Shown: piece by piece, positions 48,513-59,431 of the stretch | Layout of the letters: each line of letters starts with the position of its first letter | Numbering within the stretch: position 1 is the stretch's first letter | NCBI GenBank assembly: GCA_048772705.1 | Contig: JBLWGC010000035.1 | Location: forward strand, 186,001 to 250,000 | Reading direction: 5' to 3' | DNA length: 64,000 nucleotides | Source: Leidyana gryllorum EB-2025a | Taxonomy: Eukaryota > Protista > Apicomplexa | Position numbers and translations under genes: made by a program | The notes under the pieces: model-generated | Seen by the model: the letters and a program-made list of their open reading frames with translations, nothing else | What the model was told of the DNA's origin: nothing | Databases searched by the model: none

Positions 48513-49927
48513 TCAAGTTTTGATTGATTCTGGCTCACGATGTCTGGCTTGAGCTACCGCTTCCAACCAGCTATGATCGAAGTGCGGCACCAGTCCGAGA
48601 TGCAGCATCGTATGAGGATGGTTTTGCAAAGCCCTGACGAAGTTTTCTTTCAGATCCGAGTCCTCCGAGGGGGGAGGCAACTCGACTAGCCTGGCTTTCT
48701 TGGCGCTCAATTGAGAGGCACTCCGGGCTGGCTTTTTAGTACGTCCGTCCACGAACTCGCGCAAGTCCAACATCCGGCTGCGAAATGGATCGGATACGTG
48801 CAGGAAGAAGTTAGTGACTCTCGGGATAGGGAAAGTCAATTTGCCATCGCTGGTGGGATCAGCTGTGCTCAACTCATCCATTATCTCATACGCTGGCCCC
48901 GGTCGACCCTCAATCCGCATCCTGTCGAACAGCATGGCACCCTTGGCGAGATCCTCTTCAGAACAATATATGAGTTCAACGAGCGATTCCATCTCTGTTT
49001 TGATAATATTCTCCAGAGAGCGATTTCCAACGAGGAATCGCCCGGACAGAATAATGTGCTCGATCGGCCCCTGTGAATATTCTCGCAGCTGTGCCAGCAA
49101 CTTTCTTAGAAGATCTTCGAGCTTCGCGAACGCATCGTCAAGCCTGACTTTCCTGACTGCTCGGTCGCCGTCGCGAAGTACCAAGATTTTCGTCTCAGAA
49201 CCAAGACATGGCAAAATGTCACTTTCTGACGCTGAGGACACCGAGGATGGTAAAACTCGGTACCATCCAGGGTAAGCGTCCCGATCAATTTTCGTGGTGT
49301 CCCGGACCTGAAAACCGCCCGAATGCGCTTCGGCGATGACGGCGTCGCAGAAGTCACCTGTCCATCGAATGACACACGTAGTCGTCTTTTCGGCGAGTTG
49401 CGATAGATAGATCGAGTTCAACGTCACCCCGTCGTCTTCGTAGGCGGCGCCGCGGACGTCTGGTGTACTAGAGAAACCAGAGGCGCGCCTGTGAGATGCC
49501 CGATCTCCTGCGCTTTTTGCCTTTCTTCGAAGGTCAAAACTCGAGGGATGGTGAGAACAAGGCTCTCCCCGAAAGTCACGAGGAATGAGTTTCGACCGAA
49601 TTCAGTGGGCGGAAAGTCTCCTGGTTCCTGCGAGCAATTTTCGAGTGGGGCGCATCCTTGTGTTTGAGCGATAATGTTGGTTAACCGCAGAGCTGATAGC
49701 TCTCTGTCATTGTAGAGACAATCACCGTCTTGGTGGTGGAAGGCGAGTAAAGCAAAGCTCATTGGCTTCTCCACAGAGGCGGACGGAAAAGCGAAAGTCT
49801 GAGTGCTCAATTTGGGGGGTGATTTTGGCAATGAGGAGCGTGATTTGACGGTCAGCACTCGTTCGTATGTTGCAGTAATATTGGCAGCGTCAATCACTGC
49901 GGCCATAGTGCTCATCTCGTACGGCAT
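48513..49927 (-). pseudogene. Highly divergent HSP70-like (actin-fold) gene with one frameshift near 49448
   Basis: LVLTIPRVLTFEERQKAQEIGHLTGAPLVSLVHQTSAA ~ [46 protein letters not shown] and EEDLAKGAML ~ VVLVGG and DEAVAYGAA. Confidence 0.65.
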
Positions 49928-50189
49928 TGTTGTAAGATCTTCTTTGAAGTACTGTGCAGTAATGAACAGCGAAAGGTGCGCTTTTAATGTGTTAAGCTGG
50001 ATTGGCCGTGAAACAAAGGAAAACTCGCGCCCTCGTCCGCGAGTGTCCTCCACCTTGCGTGCGTCAGATCGTGCGATCCTCAGTCGCGTCGGTCACCAAG
50101 TGTGAATCACAATTGCCCGACCGCTCGTCGGCAACGAGCCGCGGGCTCTGGATCTATCACTGAGCGTTGCAATTCACCTCTGTTCGCTT

Positions 50190-50880
50190 CCGTGCTTTTC
50201 AACTGTGAACGGAGACGCTCCCGCTCGCTGACGAATACTTCCGGTGATCTTGCCTGCGATTGAGGTCAGCCCCAATTCCCAGGGATTGCGCAAGAGCGCT
50301 TCACTGCGATTGAAATACCACACAGCGCTCTCGCTCCCATTGTTTGCCATCACAGTGGTCCGCGGCGCACAACTCTACCCGTCATTGAAAGGAACGTCTC
50401 TAATGGCTTCACAATGGCGCTGATTTAGCGTTCTCAAGATCTCTCAAATGGCGATCTTCAGTGCAGTGTGTCAGATTTCTGAGGCGTTCTCTCCAACCAC
50501 TGATCGAAGCCTCCCTCGGGATCGAGTCTCCATTCGTCGATCGCATACTGATCGGCATCGGCAATTGTGGGACACTTCCTGAGTGGAAGGGGACCGGAGT
50601 CAACAAAGTCGTCCCAAGTGTACCTGTCCCAATCTTGGCGGTCCAGGCTGCAGGGCCGCGGAGGCAGCGAACATAGATATCTCTTTTTCTCTCTCACAGC
50701 TCTGTCACCCAATCCCGGCAATAAATAAACCCTTTTTACTTCGATCACCAAATGACGGGATGTGAATACATCCCTCAAAGCGGCTAACGTCTGCTTGGAG
50801 ACCCGTCTCACTTTACAGACTTCACCGATTCGCAGAAAGTCGAAAACCTGAGCCCATAAAATTGGGCGGAGGTCGGGCAT
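50190..50880 (-). pseudogene. 3'-truncated, decayed F-box-array copy
   Basis: First 140 codons nearly identical to copy A; degraded homology with stops continues to ~50190. Confidence 0.85.
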
Positions 50881-51513
50881 TGTTGAGGGCCAAAAAAATC
50901 CAATCCGACCCCAATCTAAAATTCTACTCGACCCGACCCGACCCCGTTAGCCTCGGATGCCAGAGTCCTTCAGTCTTGATCTATCAGGATTAGCTAGTCG
51001 ATCTGGATGTTGGGCCCCCCGTTCATCACCCCAGTTAAGCTCAGGTAGGCAGTATGTCTCCTGCCAGTGCATAGGAGACAGACACAGACACGTGTGTGCT
51101 CTACGTAAATTGAATTAGACGATGGTCAAAAAGGGAACTAAAAATCCACTACTGATACCGTTAGATGAGGAACATTCACACAGGGCGAATGACTACGCCT
51201 ACAAGTCGTCATCCCACTATGGACGAGTTTTCAGATCAAGTCTTGTCGCAGCGCCGAATCACCTCACCGCTAATTTCCTGATCGAAGGTATCGACACTGG
51301 ACGCGGCAACAGATCAATTGCCCTCCGGCGAACCCGCCTTGGAATACCGACAACTCTGTTCGTTCAGAATCGCTCGATATCTTTGATTAAAATCCAGACT
51401 GATTTGAGGGTGAGCGCTCCGGCAATGACACGACTCCAAAGCCGAGCTTTCCAACCGCCTTCCGGCTGGGTGGCATCACCTGTTGTTCCATCTTTGGAAA
51501 TGTTCTCAGCTTT

Positions 51514-53511
51514 TCAGCCCTCGAACGGCACTAATTTCTGCAGTCTTCGCCAGAAGACGGCAGTTGTGGCATAAATGGAGACGGGCGTATCCGTCCAAAT
51601 CTTCCACGACTTCAATGTGTCGTGGTCACCTGCCAACACCCGCTCCAAATACCACATATCATAGAGACTGAACCACCCGACGGGTCCTTTGAGGGATTTG
51701 AAGCTTTTCACGGGGCGCCTCAGAGTATCCTGCGCTGAGATCAGAGATGTCCACCACTCATTGAACCGCTGTAGTTTCTCGCCCTCGATACGGCCGACTA
51801 TCTCTCCCGAGTGTAACTGTTCATCCACTGCTTCCCGCAGAGTCTCCCACACTGCGGCAGTTTCCGCTTCCAAATTCCAGAGATCGTTGCTGATGGGCGC
51901 CCCGATGTGCTGCAACACTTTGTATAATGTCTCCCGATGGCACTGTCCAGACACCAATTCCAGCAGAACTGTCGTCCAGGGCTCCTCCAGGAAGGCTATT
52001 CCGTGCAATCCCAATCTCACAGAACGTCCGGTGAGGAGTTGGACTTCGTGGAGGACCAAATAAGTCCACAATATGTCTCTCGGATGTGTCACCAAATCCG
52101 TCACAATCTGAGAGATTTGGTGTTTTATGATTACCTCCTTAAGCCGCAATGCCGTCTCCATATTGGAGGGCAGATGCTTCATGCGACAGCTTCGGACGCA
52201 TTTCTCGGGTAACAGTGCGGAGTCCTGCGGGTCGATGATCGCCCAGTGACGGAAACGGGCTTCGAGATGTTCGAGATTTTCCGCCGATCTCAGGTAGCTT
52301 TGAAGTCGCCAGCGCTCTTTGGGCGTCAGCGTTTTCACCACAAAATATCGAGTTTCCGCCATTTCGGCTAAAGACAATCGTCTCCTCTTCGAAATCGTCG
52401 AAGTTCTCTTACAGTGCCCAAAATGTCGTTTGTCATCGGTTTCTGAGGCTGAAGTGCTGTCGCTATCCGTTGACATTGTTTTACTTCTGAACTCTTTCTG
52501 GGGGCCCTCGGAAGGTTCAGCGTCCAGCAGTCCCGCTCTAACCGCAGGGACCCATCCGAGCCAAGGAGGCAACTTGTCGAAGGGCTTCAGGCGGTGCCAC
52601 GGGGTGTGAGTGTAGACATAACCCCCCGCCTGTGAAGAACACAAATGGTCAATCTCACACGCTTCTGTCCCGGCTCTCTCACGACAGTATTGACAAAGTT
52701 TCAACAGATTCTGTGGAGAGAAGGCAGTGGAGTAACAGAACTGCGAGAACGCCAGCGAAGCAAAATTTTCGATATCGCCGACTCCCCCAACCCCTTCGGT
52801 ACTTTTCCAATGTGAGCGGAGACGCCGGAACTCGTCACTCAACAACCCCGGTGAACTCGCCTGCGATTGAGGGCCGTTCCAGAATTCCCCAGGATTGCGC
52901 AAGAACGGTACACTGCGATGGAAATACCACACAGCCCTCTCGCTCACTTTGTTTGCCCTCAAAGCGGTGTGAGGCGCACAATTCAAGACGTCAGGAGAAG
53001 GAGGAATGGTCTTAACGGCTTCACATTGGCGTTCGCTCAAAGTTCTCAGAATCTCTTCTACGGCCGCTGAAAGTCCGACGATTGTTATCGTCTTCAGTGT
53101 GTCCGGTTTCCGACTCGTTCTCTCCAACCACTGATCGAAGCCTCCCTCGGGATCGAGTCTCCATTCGTCGATCGCATACTGATCGGCATCGGCAATCGCG
53201 GGACACTTCCTGAGTGGAACGGGACGGTGCCAAACGAGGTCGTCCCAAGTGTACTTTTCCCATGCTTGGGGGATTAGGCTGCGGGGCCGCTGAGGCAGCG
53301 AACGTCTATAAATCTCCCTCTCTCTCACAGCTCTGTCACCCAATCCCGGCAATAAATCAACCCTTTTCACTTCGATCACCAAATGACGGGATGTGAATAT
53401 ATCCCTCAAAGCGGCTAACGTCTGCTTGGAGACCCGTCTCACTTTACAGACTTCACCGATTCGCAGAAAGTCGAAAACCTGAGCCCAAAAGATTGGGCGG
53501 AGGTCGGGCAT
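51514..53511 (-). CDS. F-box-like family protein, copy B (665 aa)
   Basis: Paralog of copy A. Confidence 0.75.
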   Translation of the reverse strand: MPDLRPIFWAQVFDFLRIGEVCKVRRVSKQTLAALRDIFTSRHLVIEVKRVDLLPGLGDRAVREREIYRRSLPQRPRSLIPQAWEKYTWDDLVWHRPVPLRKCPAIADADQYAIDEWRLDPEGGFDQWLERTSRKPDTLKTITIVGLSAAVEEILRTLSERQCEAVKTIPPSPDVLNCAPHTALRANKVSERAVWYFHRSVPFLRNPGEFWNGPQSQASSPGLLSDEFRRLRSHWKSTEGVGGVGDIENFASLAFSQFCYSTAFSPQNLLKLCQYCRERAGTEACEIDHLCSSQAGGYVYTHTPWHRLKPFDKLPPWLGWVPAVRAGLLDAEPSEGPQKEFRSKTMSTDSDSTSASETDDKRHFGHCKRTSTISKRRRLSLAEMAETRYFVVKTLTPKERWRLQSYLRSAENLEHLEARFRHWAIIDPQDSALLPEKCVRSCRMKHLPSNMETALRLKEVIIKHQISQIVTDLVTHPRDILWTYLVLHEVQLLTGRSVRLGLHGIAFLEEPWTTVLLELVSGQCHRETLYKVLQHIGAPISNDLWNLEAETAAVWETLREAVDEQLHSGEIVGRIEGEKLQRFNEWWTSLISAQDTLRRPVKSFKSLKGPVGWFSLYDMWYLERVLAGDHDTLKSWKIWTDTPVSIYATTAVFWRRLQKLVPFEG

Positions 53512-54158
53512 TGTTGAGGGTCAAAAAAACTCAATGCGACCGTAATCTAAAATTCTACTCAACCCGACCCCGTCACCGACCCCGTCAGCAATCTCACTCG
53601 GATGCCAGAGTCCTTCAGTCTTGATCTATCAGGATTAGCTACTCGATCTGGATGTTGGGCCCCCCGTTCACCCCCCCCCAGTTAAGCTCAGTTAAGCTGT
53701 ATGTCTCCTGCCGGTCCGTAGGAGACAGACAGACACGTGTGTGCTCTACGTAAATTGAATTAGACGATGGTCAAAAAGGAACTAAAAATCCACTACTGAT
53801 ACCGTTAGATGGGGAACATTCACACAGGGCGAATTGACTACGCCTACCAGTCGTCATCCCACTATGGATGAGTTTCCAGATCAAGTCTTGTCGCAGTGCC
53901 GAACCACCTCACCGCTAATTTCCTGATCGAAGGTATCGACACTGGACGCGGCAACAGATCAATTGCCCTCCGGCGAACCCGCCTTGGAATACCGACAACT
54001 CTGTTCGTTCAGAATCGCTCGATATCTTTGATTAAAATCCAGACTGATTTGAGGGTGAGCGCTCCGGCAATGACACGACTCCAAAGCCGAGCTTTCCAAC
54101 CGCCTTCCGGCTGGGTGGCATCACCTGTTGTTCCATGTTTGGAAATGTTCTCAGCTTT

Positions 54159-56150
54159 TCAGCCCTCGAACGGCACTAATTTCTGCAGTCTTCGCCAGAA
54201 GACGGCAGTTGTGGCATAAATGGAGACGGGCGTATCCGTCCAAATCTTCCACGACTTCAATGTGTCGTGGTCACCTGCCAACACCCGCTCCAAATACCAC
54301 ATATCATAGAGACTGAACCACCCGACGGGTCCTTTGAGGGATTTGAAGCTTTTCACGGGGCGCCTCAGAGTATCCTGCGCTGAGATCAAAGATGTCCACC
54401 ACTCATTGAACCGCTGTAGTTTCTCGCCCTCGATACGGCCGACTATCTCTCCCGGGTGTAACTGTTCATCCACTGCTTCCCGCAGAGTCTCCCACACTGC
54501 GGCAGTTTCCGCTTCCAAATTCCAGAGATCGTTGCTGATGGGCGCCCCGATGTGCTGCAACACTTTGTATAATGTCTCCCGATGGCACTGTCCAGACACC
54601 AATTCCAGCAGAACTGTCGTCCAGGGCTCCTCCAGGAAGGCTATTCCGTGCAATCCCAATCTCACAGAGCGTCCGGTGAGGAGTTGGACTTCGTGGAGGA
54701 CCAAATAAGTCCACAATATGTCTCTCGGATGTGTCACCAAATCCGTCACAATCTGAGAGATTTGGTGTTTTATGATTACCTCCTTAAGCCGCAATGCCGT
54801 CTCCATATTGGAGGGCAGATGCTTCATGCGACAGCTTCGGACGCATTTCTCGGGTAACAGTGCGGAGTCCTGCGGGTCGATGATCGCCCAGTGACGGAAA
54901 CGGGCTTCGAGATGTTCGAGATTTTCCGCCGATCTCAGGTAGCTTTGAAGTCGCCAGCGCTCTTTGGGCGTCAGCGTTTTCACAACAAAATATCGAGTTT
55001 CCGCCATTTCGGCTAAAGACAATCGTCTCCTCTTCGAAATCGTCGAAGTTCTCTTACAGTGCCCAAAATGTCGTTTGTCATCGGTTTCTGAGGCTGAAGT
55101 GCTGTCGCTATCCGTTGACATTGTTTTACTTCTGAACTCTTTCTGGGGGCCCTCGGAAGGTTCGGCGTCCAGCAGTCCCGCTCTAACCGCAGGGACCCAT
55201 CCGAGCCAAGGAGGCAACTTGTCGAAGGGCTTCAGGCGGTGCCACGGGGTGTGAGTGTAAACATAACCCCCCGCCTGTGAAGAACACAAATGGTCAATCT
55301 CACACGCTTCCGTCCCGGCTCTCTCACGACAGTATTGACAAAGTTTCAACAGATTCTGTGGAGAGAAGGCAGTGGAGTAACAGAACCGCGAGAACGGCCG
55401 CGAAGCAAAAACTTCAAGATCGCCGACTCCCCCAACCCCTTCGGTACTTTTCCAATGTGAGCGGAGACGCCGGAACTCGTCACTCAACAACCCCGGTGAA
55501 CTCGCCTGCGATTGAGGGCCGTTCCAGAATTCCCCAGGATTGCGCAAGAACGGTACAGTACAATGAGAAAACCACATAGCGTTCTCTCTCACGGTATTTG
55601 TCAACAAAGTGATCGGCGGCGCATTTCTGAAGCTGGCAGGAGGAATGCTTCTAACGGCTTCACATTGGCGTTCGCTCAAAGTTCTCAGAATCTCTTCTAC
55701 GGCCGCTGAAAGTCCGACGATTGTTATCGTCTTCAGTGTGTCCGGTTTCCGACTCGTTCTCTCCAACCACTGATTGAAGCCTCCCTCGGGATCGAGTCTC
55801 CATTCGTCGATCGCATACTGATCGGCATCGGCAATCGCGGGACACTTCCTGAGTGGAACGGGACGGTGCCAAACGAGGTCGTCCCAAGTGTACTTTTCCC
55901 ATACTTGGGGGATTAGGCTGCGGGGCCGCTGAGGCAGCGAACGTCTATAAATCTCCCTCTCTCTCACAGCTCTGTCACCCAATGCCGGCAATAAATGAAC
56001 CCTTTTCACTTCGATCACTAAATGTCGGGATGTGAATATATCCCTCAAAGCGGCTAACGTCTGCTTGGAGACCCGTCTCACTTTACAGACTTCACCGATT
56101 CGCAGAAAGTCGAAAACCTGAGCCCAAAAGATTGGGCGGAGGTCGGGCAT
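54159..56150 (-). CDS. F-box-like family protein, copy C (663 aa)
   Basis: Paralog; ATG at 56150 by homology. Confidence 0.75.
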   Translation of the reverse strand: MPDLRPIFWAQVFDFLRIGEVCKVRRVSKQTLAALRDIFTSRHLVIEVKRVHLLPALGDRAVREREIYRRSLPQRPRSLIPQVWEKYTWDDLVWHRPVPLRKCPAIADADQYAIDEWRLDPEGGFNQWLERTSRKPDTLKTITIVGLSAAVEEILRTLSERQCEAVRSIPPASFRNAPPITLLTNTVRENAMWFSHCTVPFLRNPGEFWNGPQSQASSPGLLSDEFRRLRSHWKSTEGVGGVGDLEVFASRPFSRFCYSTAFSPQNLLKLCQYCRERAGTEACEIDHLCSSQAGGYVYTHTPWHRLKPFDKLPPWLGWVPAVRAGLLDAEPSEGPQKEFRSKTMSTDSDSTSASETDDKRHFGHCKRTSTISKRRRLSLAEMAETRYFVVKTLTPKERWRLQSYLRSAENLEHLEARFRHWAIIDPQDSALLPEKCVRSCRMKHLPSNMETALRLKEVIIKHQISQIVTDLVTHPRDILWTYLVLHEVQLLTGRSVRLGLHGIAFLEEPWTTVLLELVSGQCHRETLYKVLQHIGAPISNDLWNLEAETAAVWETLREAVDEQLHPGEIVGRIEGEKLQRFNEWWTSLISAQDTLRRPVKSFKSLKGPVGWFSLYDMWYLERVLAGDHDTLKSWKIWTDTPVSIYATTAVFWRRLQKLVPFEG

Positions 56151-56783
56151 TGTTGAGGGCCAAAAAATCCAATCCGACCGCAATCTAAAATTCTACTCGA
56201 CCCGACCCCGTCAGCAATATCACTCGGATGCCAGAGTCCTTCAGTCTTGATCTATCAGGATTAGCTACTCGATCTGGATGTTGGGCCCCCCGTTCACCCC
56301 CCAGTTAAGCTCAGTTAAGCTGTATGTCTCCTGCCGGTCCGTAGGAGACAGACACAGACACGTGTGTGCTCTACGTAAATTGAATTAGACGATGGTCAAA
56401 AAGGAACTAAAAATCCACTACTGATACCGTTAGATGAGGAACATTCACACAGGGCGAATTGACTACGCCTACAACTCGTCATCCCACTATGGACGAGTTT
56501 TCAGAGCAAGTTTTGTCGCAGTGCCGAACCACCTCACCTCCCACGTCCTGATCGAAGGCATCGACACTGGACGCGGCAACAGATCAATTGCCCTCCGGCG
56601 AACCCGCCTTGGAATACCGACAACTCTGTTCGTTCAGAATCGCTCGATATCTTTGATTAAAATCCAGACTGATTTGAGGGTGAGCGCTCCGGCAATGACA
56701 CGACTCCAAAGCCGAGCTTTCCAACCGCCTTCCGGCTGGGTGGCATCACCTGTTGTTCCATCTTTGGAAATGTTCTCAGCTTT

Positions 56784-58781
56784 TCAGCCCTCGAACGGCA
56801 CTAATTTCTGCAGTCTTCGCCAGAAGACGGCAGTTGTGGCATAAATGGAGACGGGCGTATCCGTCCAAATCTTCCACGACTTCAATGTGTCGTGGTCACC
56901 TGCCAACACCCGCTCCAAATACCACATATCATAGAGACTGAACCACCCGACGGGTCCTTTGAGGGATTTGAAGCTTTTCACGGGGCGCCTCAGAGTATCC
57001 TGCGCTGAGATCAAAGATGTCCACCACTCATTGAACAGCTGTAGTTTCTCGCCCTCGATACGGCCGACTATCTCTCCCGAGTGTAACTGTTCATCCACCG
57101 CTTCCCGCAGAGTCTCCCACACTGCGGCAGTTTCCGCTTCCAAATTCCAGAGATCGTTGCTGATTGGCGCCCCAATGTGCTGCAGCACTTTGGATAATGT
57201 CTCCCGATGGCACTGTCCAGACACCAATTCCAGCAGAACTGTCGTCCAGGGCTCCTCCAGGAAGGCTATTCCGTGCAATCCCAATCTCACAGAACGTCCG
57301 GTGAGGAGTTGGACTTCGTGGAGGACCAAATAAGTCCACAATATGTCTCTCGGATGTGTCACCAAATCCGTCACAATCTGAGAGATTTGGTGTTTTATGA
57401 TTACCTCCTTAAGCCGCAATGCCGTCTCCATGTTGGAGGGCAGATGCTTCATGCGACAGCTTCGGACGCATTTCTCGGGTAACAGTGCGGAGTCCTGCGG
57501 GTCGATGATCGCCCAGTGACGGAAACGGGCTTCGAGGTATTCGACATTTTCCGCCGATCTCAGGTAGCTTTGAAGTCGCCAGCGCTCTTTGGGCGTCAGC
57601 GTCTTCACAACAAAATATCGAGTTTCCGCCATTTCGGCTAAAGACAATCGTCTCCTCTTCGAAATCGTCGAAGTTCTCTTACAGCGCCCAAAATGTCGTT
57701 TGTCATCGGTTTCTGAGGCTGAAGTGATGTCGCTATCCGTTGACATTGTTTTACTTCTGAACTCTTTCTGGGGGCCCTCGGAAGGTTCAGCGTCCAGCAG
57801 TCCCGCTCTAACCGCAGGGACCCATCCGAGCCAAGGAGGCAACTTGTCGAAGGGCTTCAGGCGGTGCCACGGGGTGTGAGTGTAAACATAACCCCCCGCC
57901 TGTGAAGAACACAAATGGTCAATCTCACACGCTTCCGTCCCGGCTCTCTCACGACAGTATTGACAAAGTTTCAACAGATTCTGTGGAGAGAAGGCAGTGG
58001 AGTAACAGAACCGCGAGAACGGCCGCGAAGCAAAAACTTCAAGATCGCCGACTCCCCCAACCCCTTCGGTACTTTTCCAATGTGAGCGGAGACGCCGGAA
58101 CTCGTCACTCAACAACCCCGGTGAACTCGCCTGCGATTGAGGGCCGTTCCAGAATTCCCCAGGATTGCGCAAGAACGGTACACTGCGATGGAAATACCAC
58201 ACAGCGCTCTCGCTCACTTTGTTTGCCCTCAAAGCGGTGTGCGGCGCACAATTCAAGACGTCAGGAGAAGGAGGAATGCTTCTAACGGCTTCACATTGGC
58301 GTTCGCTCAAAGTTCTCAGAATCTCTTCTACGGCCGCTGAAAGTCCGACGATTGTTATCGTCTTCAGTGTGTCCGGTTTCCGACTCGTTCTCTCCAACCA
58401 CTGATCGAAGCCTCCCTCGGGATCGAGTCTCCATTCGTCGATCGCATACTGATCGGCATCGGCAATCGCGGGACACTTCCTGAGTGGAACGGGACGGTGC
58501 CAAACGAGGTCGTCCCAAGTGTACTTTTCCCATGCTTGGGGGATTAGGCTGCGGGGCCGCTGAGGCAGCGAACGTCTATAAATCTCCCTCTCTCTCACAG
58601 CTCTGTCACCCAATCCCGGCAATAAATCAACCCTTTTCACTTCGATCACCAAATGACGGGATGTGAATATATCCCTCAAAGCGGCTAACGTCTGCTTGGA
58701 GACCCGTCTCACTTTACAGACTTCACCGATTCGCAGAAAGTCGAAAACCTGAGCCCAAAAGATTGGGCGGAGGTCGGGCAT
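56784..58781 (-). CDS. F-box-like family protein, copy D (665 aa)
   Basis: Paralog. Confidence 0.75.
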   Translation of the reverse strand: MPDLRPIFWAQVFDFLRIGEVCKVRRVSKQTLAALRDIFTSRHLVIEVKRVDLLPGLGDRAVREREIYRRSLPQRPRSLIPQAWEKYTWDDLVWHRPVPLRKCPAIADADQYAIDEWRLDPEGGFDQWLERTSRKPDTLKTITIVGLSAAVEEILRTLSERQCEAVRSIPPSPDVLNCAPHTALRANKVSESAVWYFHRSVPFLRNPGEFWNGPQSQASSPGLLSDEFRRLRSHWKSTEGVGGVGDLEVFASRPFSRFCYSTAFSPQNLLKLCQYCRERAGTEACEIDHLCSSQAGGYVYTHTPWHRLKPFDKLPPWLGWVPAVRAGLLDAEPSEGPQKEFRSKTMSTDSDITSASETDDKRHFGRCKRTSTISKRRRLSLAEMAETRYFVVKTLTPKERWRLQSYLRSAENVEYLEARFRHWAIIDPQDSALLPEKCVRSCRMKHLPSNMETALRLKEVIIKHQISQIVTDLVTHPRDILWTYLVLHEVQLLTGRSVRLGLHGIAFLEEPWTTVLLELVSGQCHRETLSKVLQHIGAPISNDLWNLEAETAAVWETLREAVDEQLHSGEIVGRIEGEKLQLFNEWWTSLISAQDTLRRPVKSFKSLKGPVGWFSLYDMWYLERVLAGDHDTLKSWKIWTDTPVSIYATTAVFWRRLQKLVPFEG

Positions 58782-59431
58782 TGTTGAGGGTCAAAAAAAC
58801 TCAATGCGACCGTAATCTAAAATTCTACTCGACCCGACCCCGTCACCGACCCCGTCAGCAATCTCACTCGGATGCCAGAGTCCTTCAGTCTTGATCTATC
58901 AGGATTAGCTACTCGATCTGGATGTTGGGCCCCCCGTTCACCCCCCCCCAGTTAAGCTCAGTTAAGCTGTATGTCTCCTGCCGGTCCGTAGGAGACAGAC
59001 ACAGACACGTGTGTGCTCTACGTAAATTGAATTAGACGATGGTCAAAAAGGGAACTAAAAATCCACTACTGATACCGTTAGATGAGGAACATTCACACAG
59101 GGCGAATTGAATACGCCTACCAGTCGTCATCCCACTATGGATGAGTTTTCAGATCAAGTCTTGTCGCAGTGCCGAACCACCTCACCTCCCACGTCCTGAT
59201 CGAAGGCATCGACACTGGACGCGGCAACAGATCAATTGCCCTCCGGCGAGCCCGCCTTCGAATACCGACAACTCTGTTCGTTCAGAATCGCTCGATATCT
59301 TTGATTAAAATGCAGACTGATTTGAGGGTGAGCGCTCCGGCAATGACACGACTCCAAAGCCGAGCTTTCCAACCGCCTTCCGGCTGGGTGGCATCACCTG
59401 TTGTTCCATCTTTGGAAATGTTCTCAGCTCC

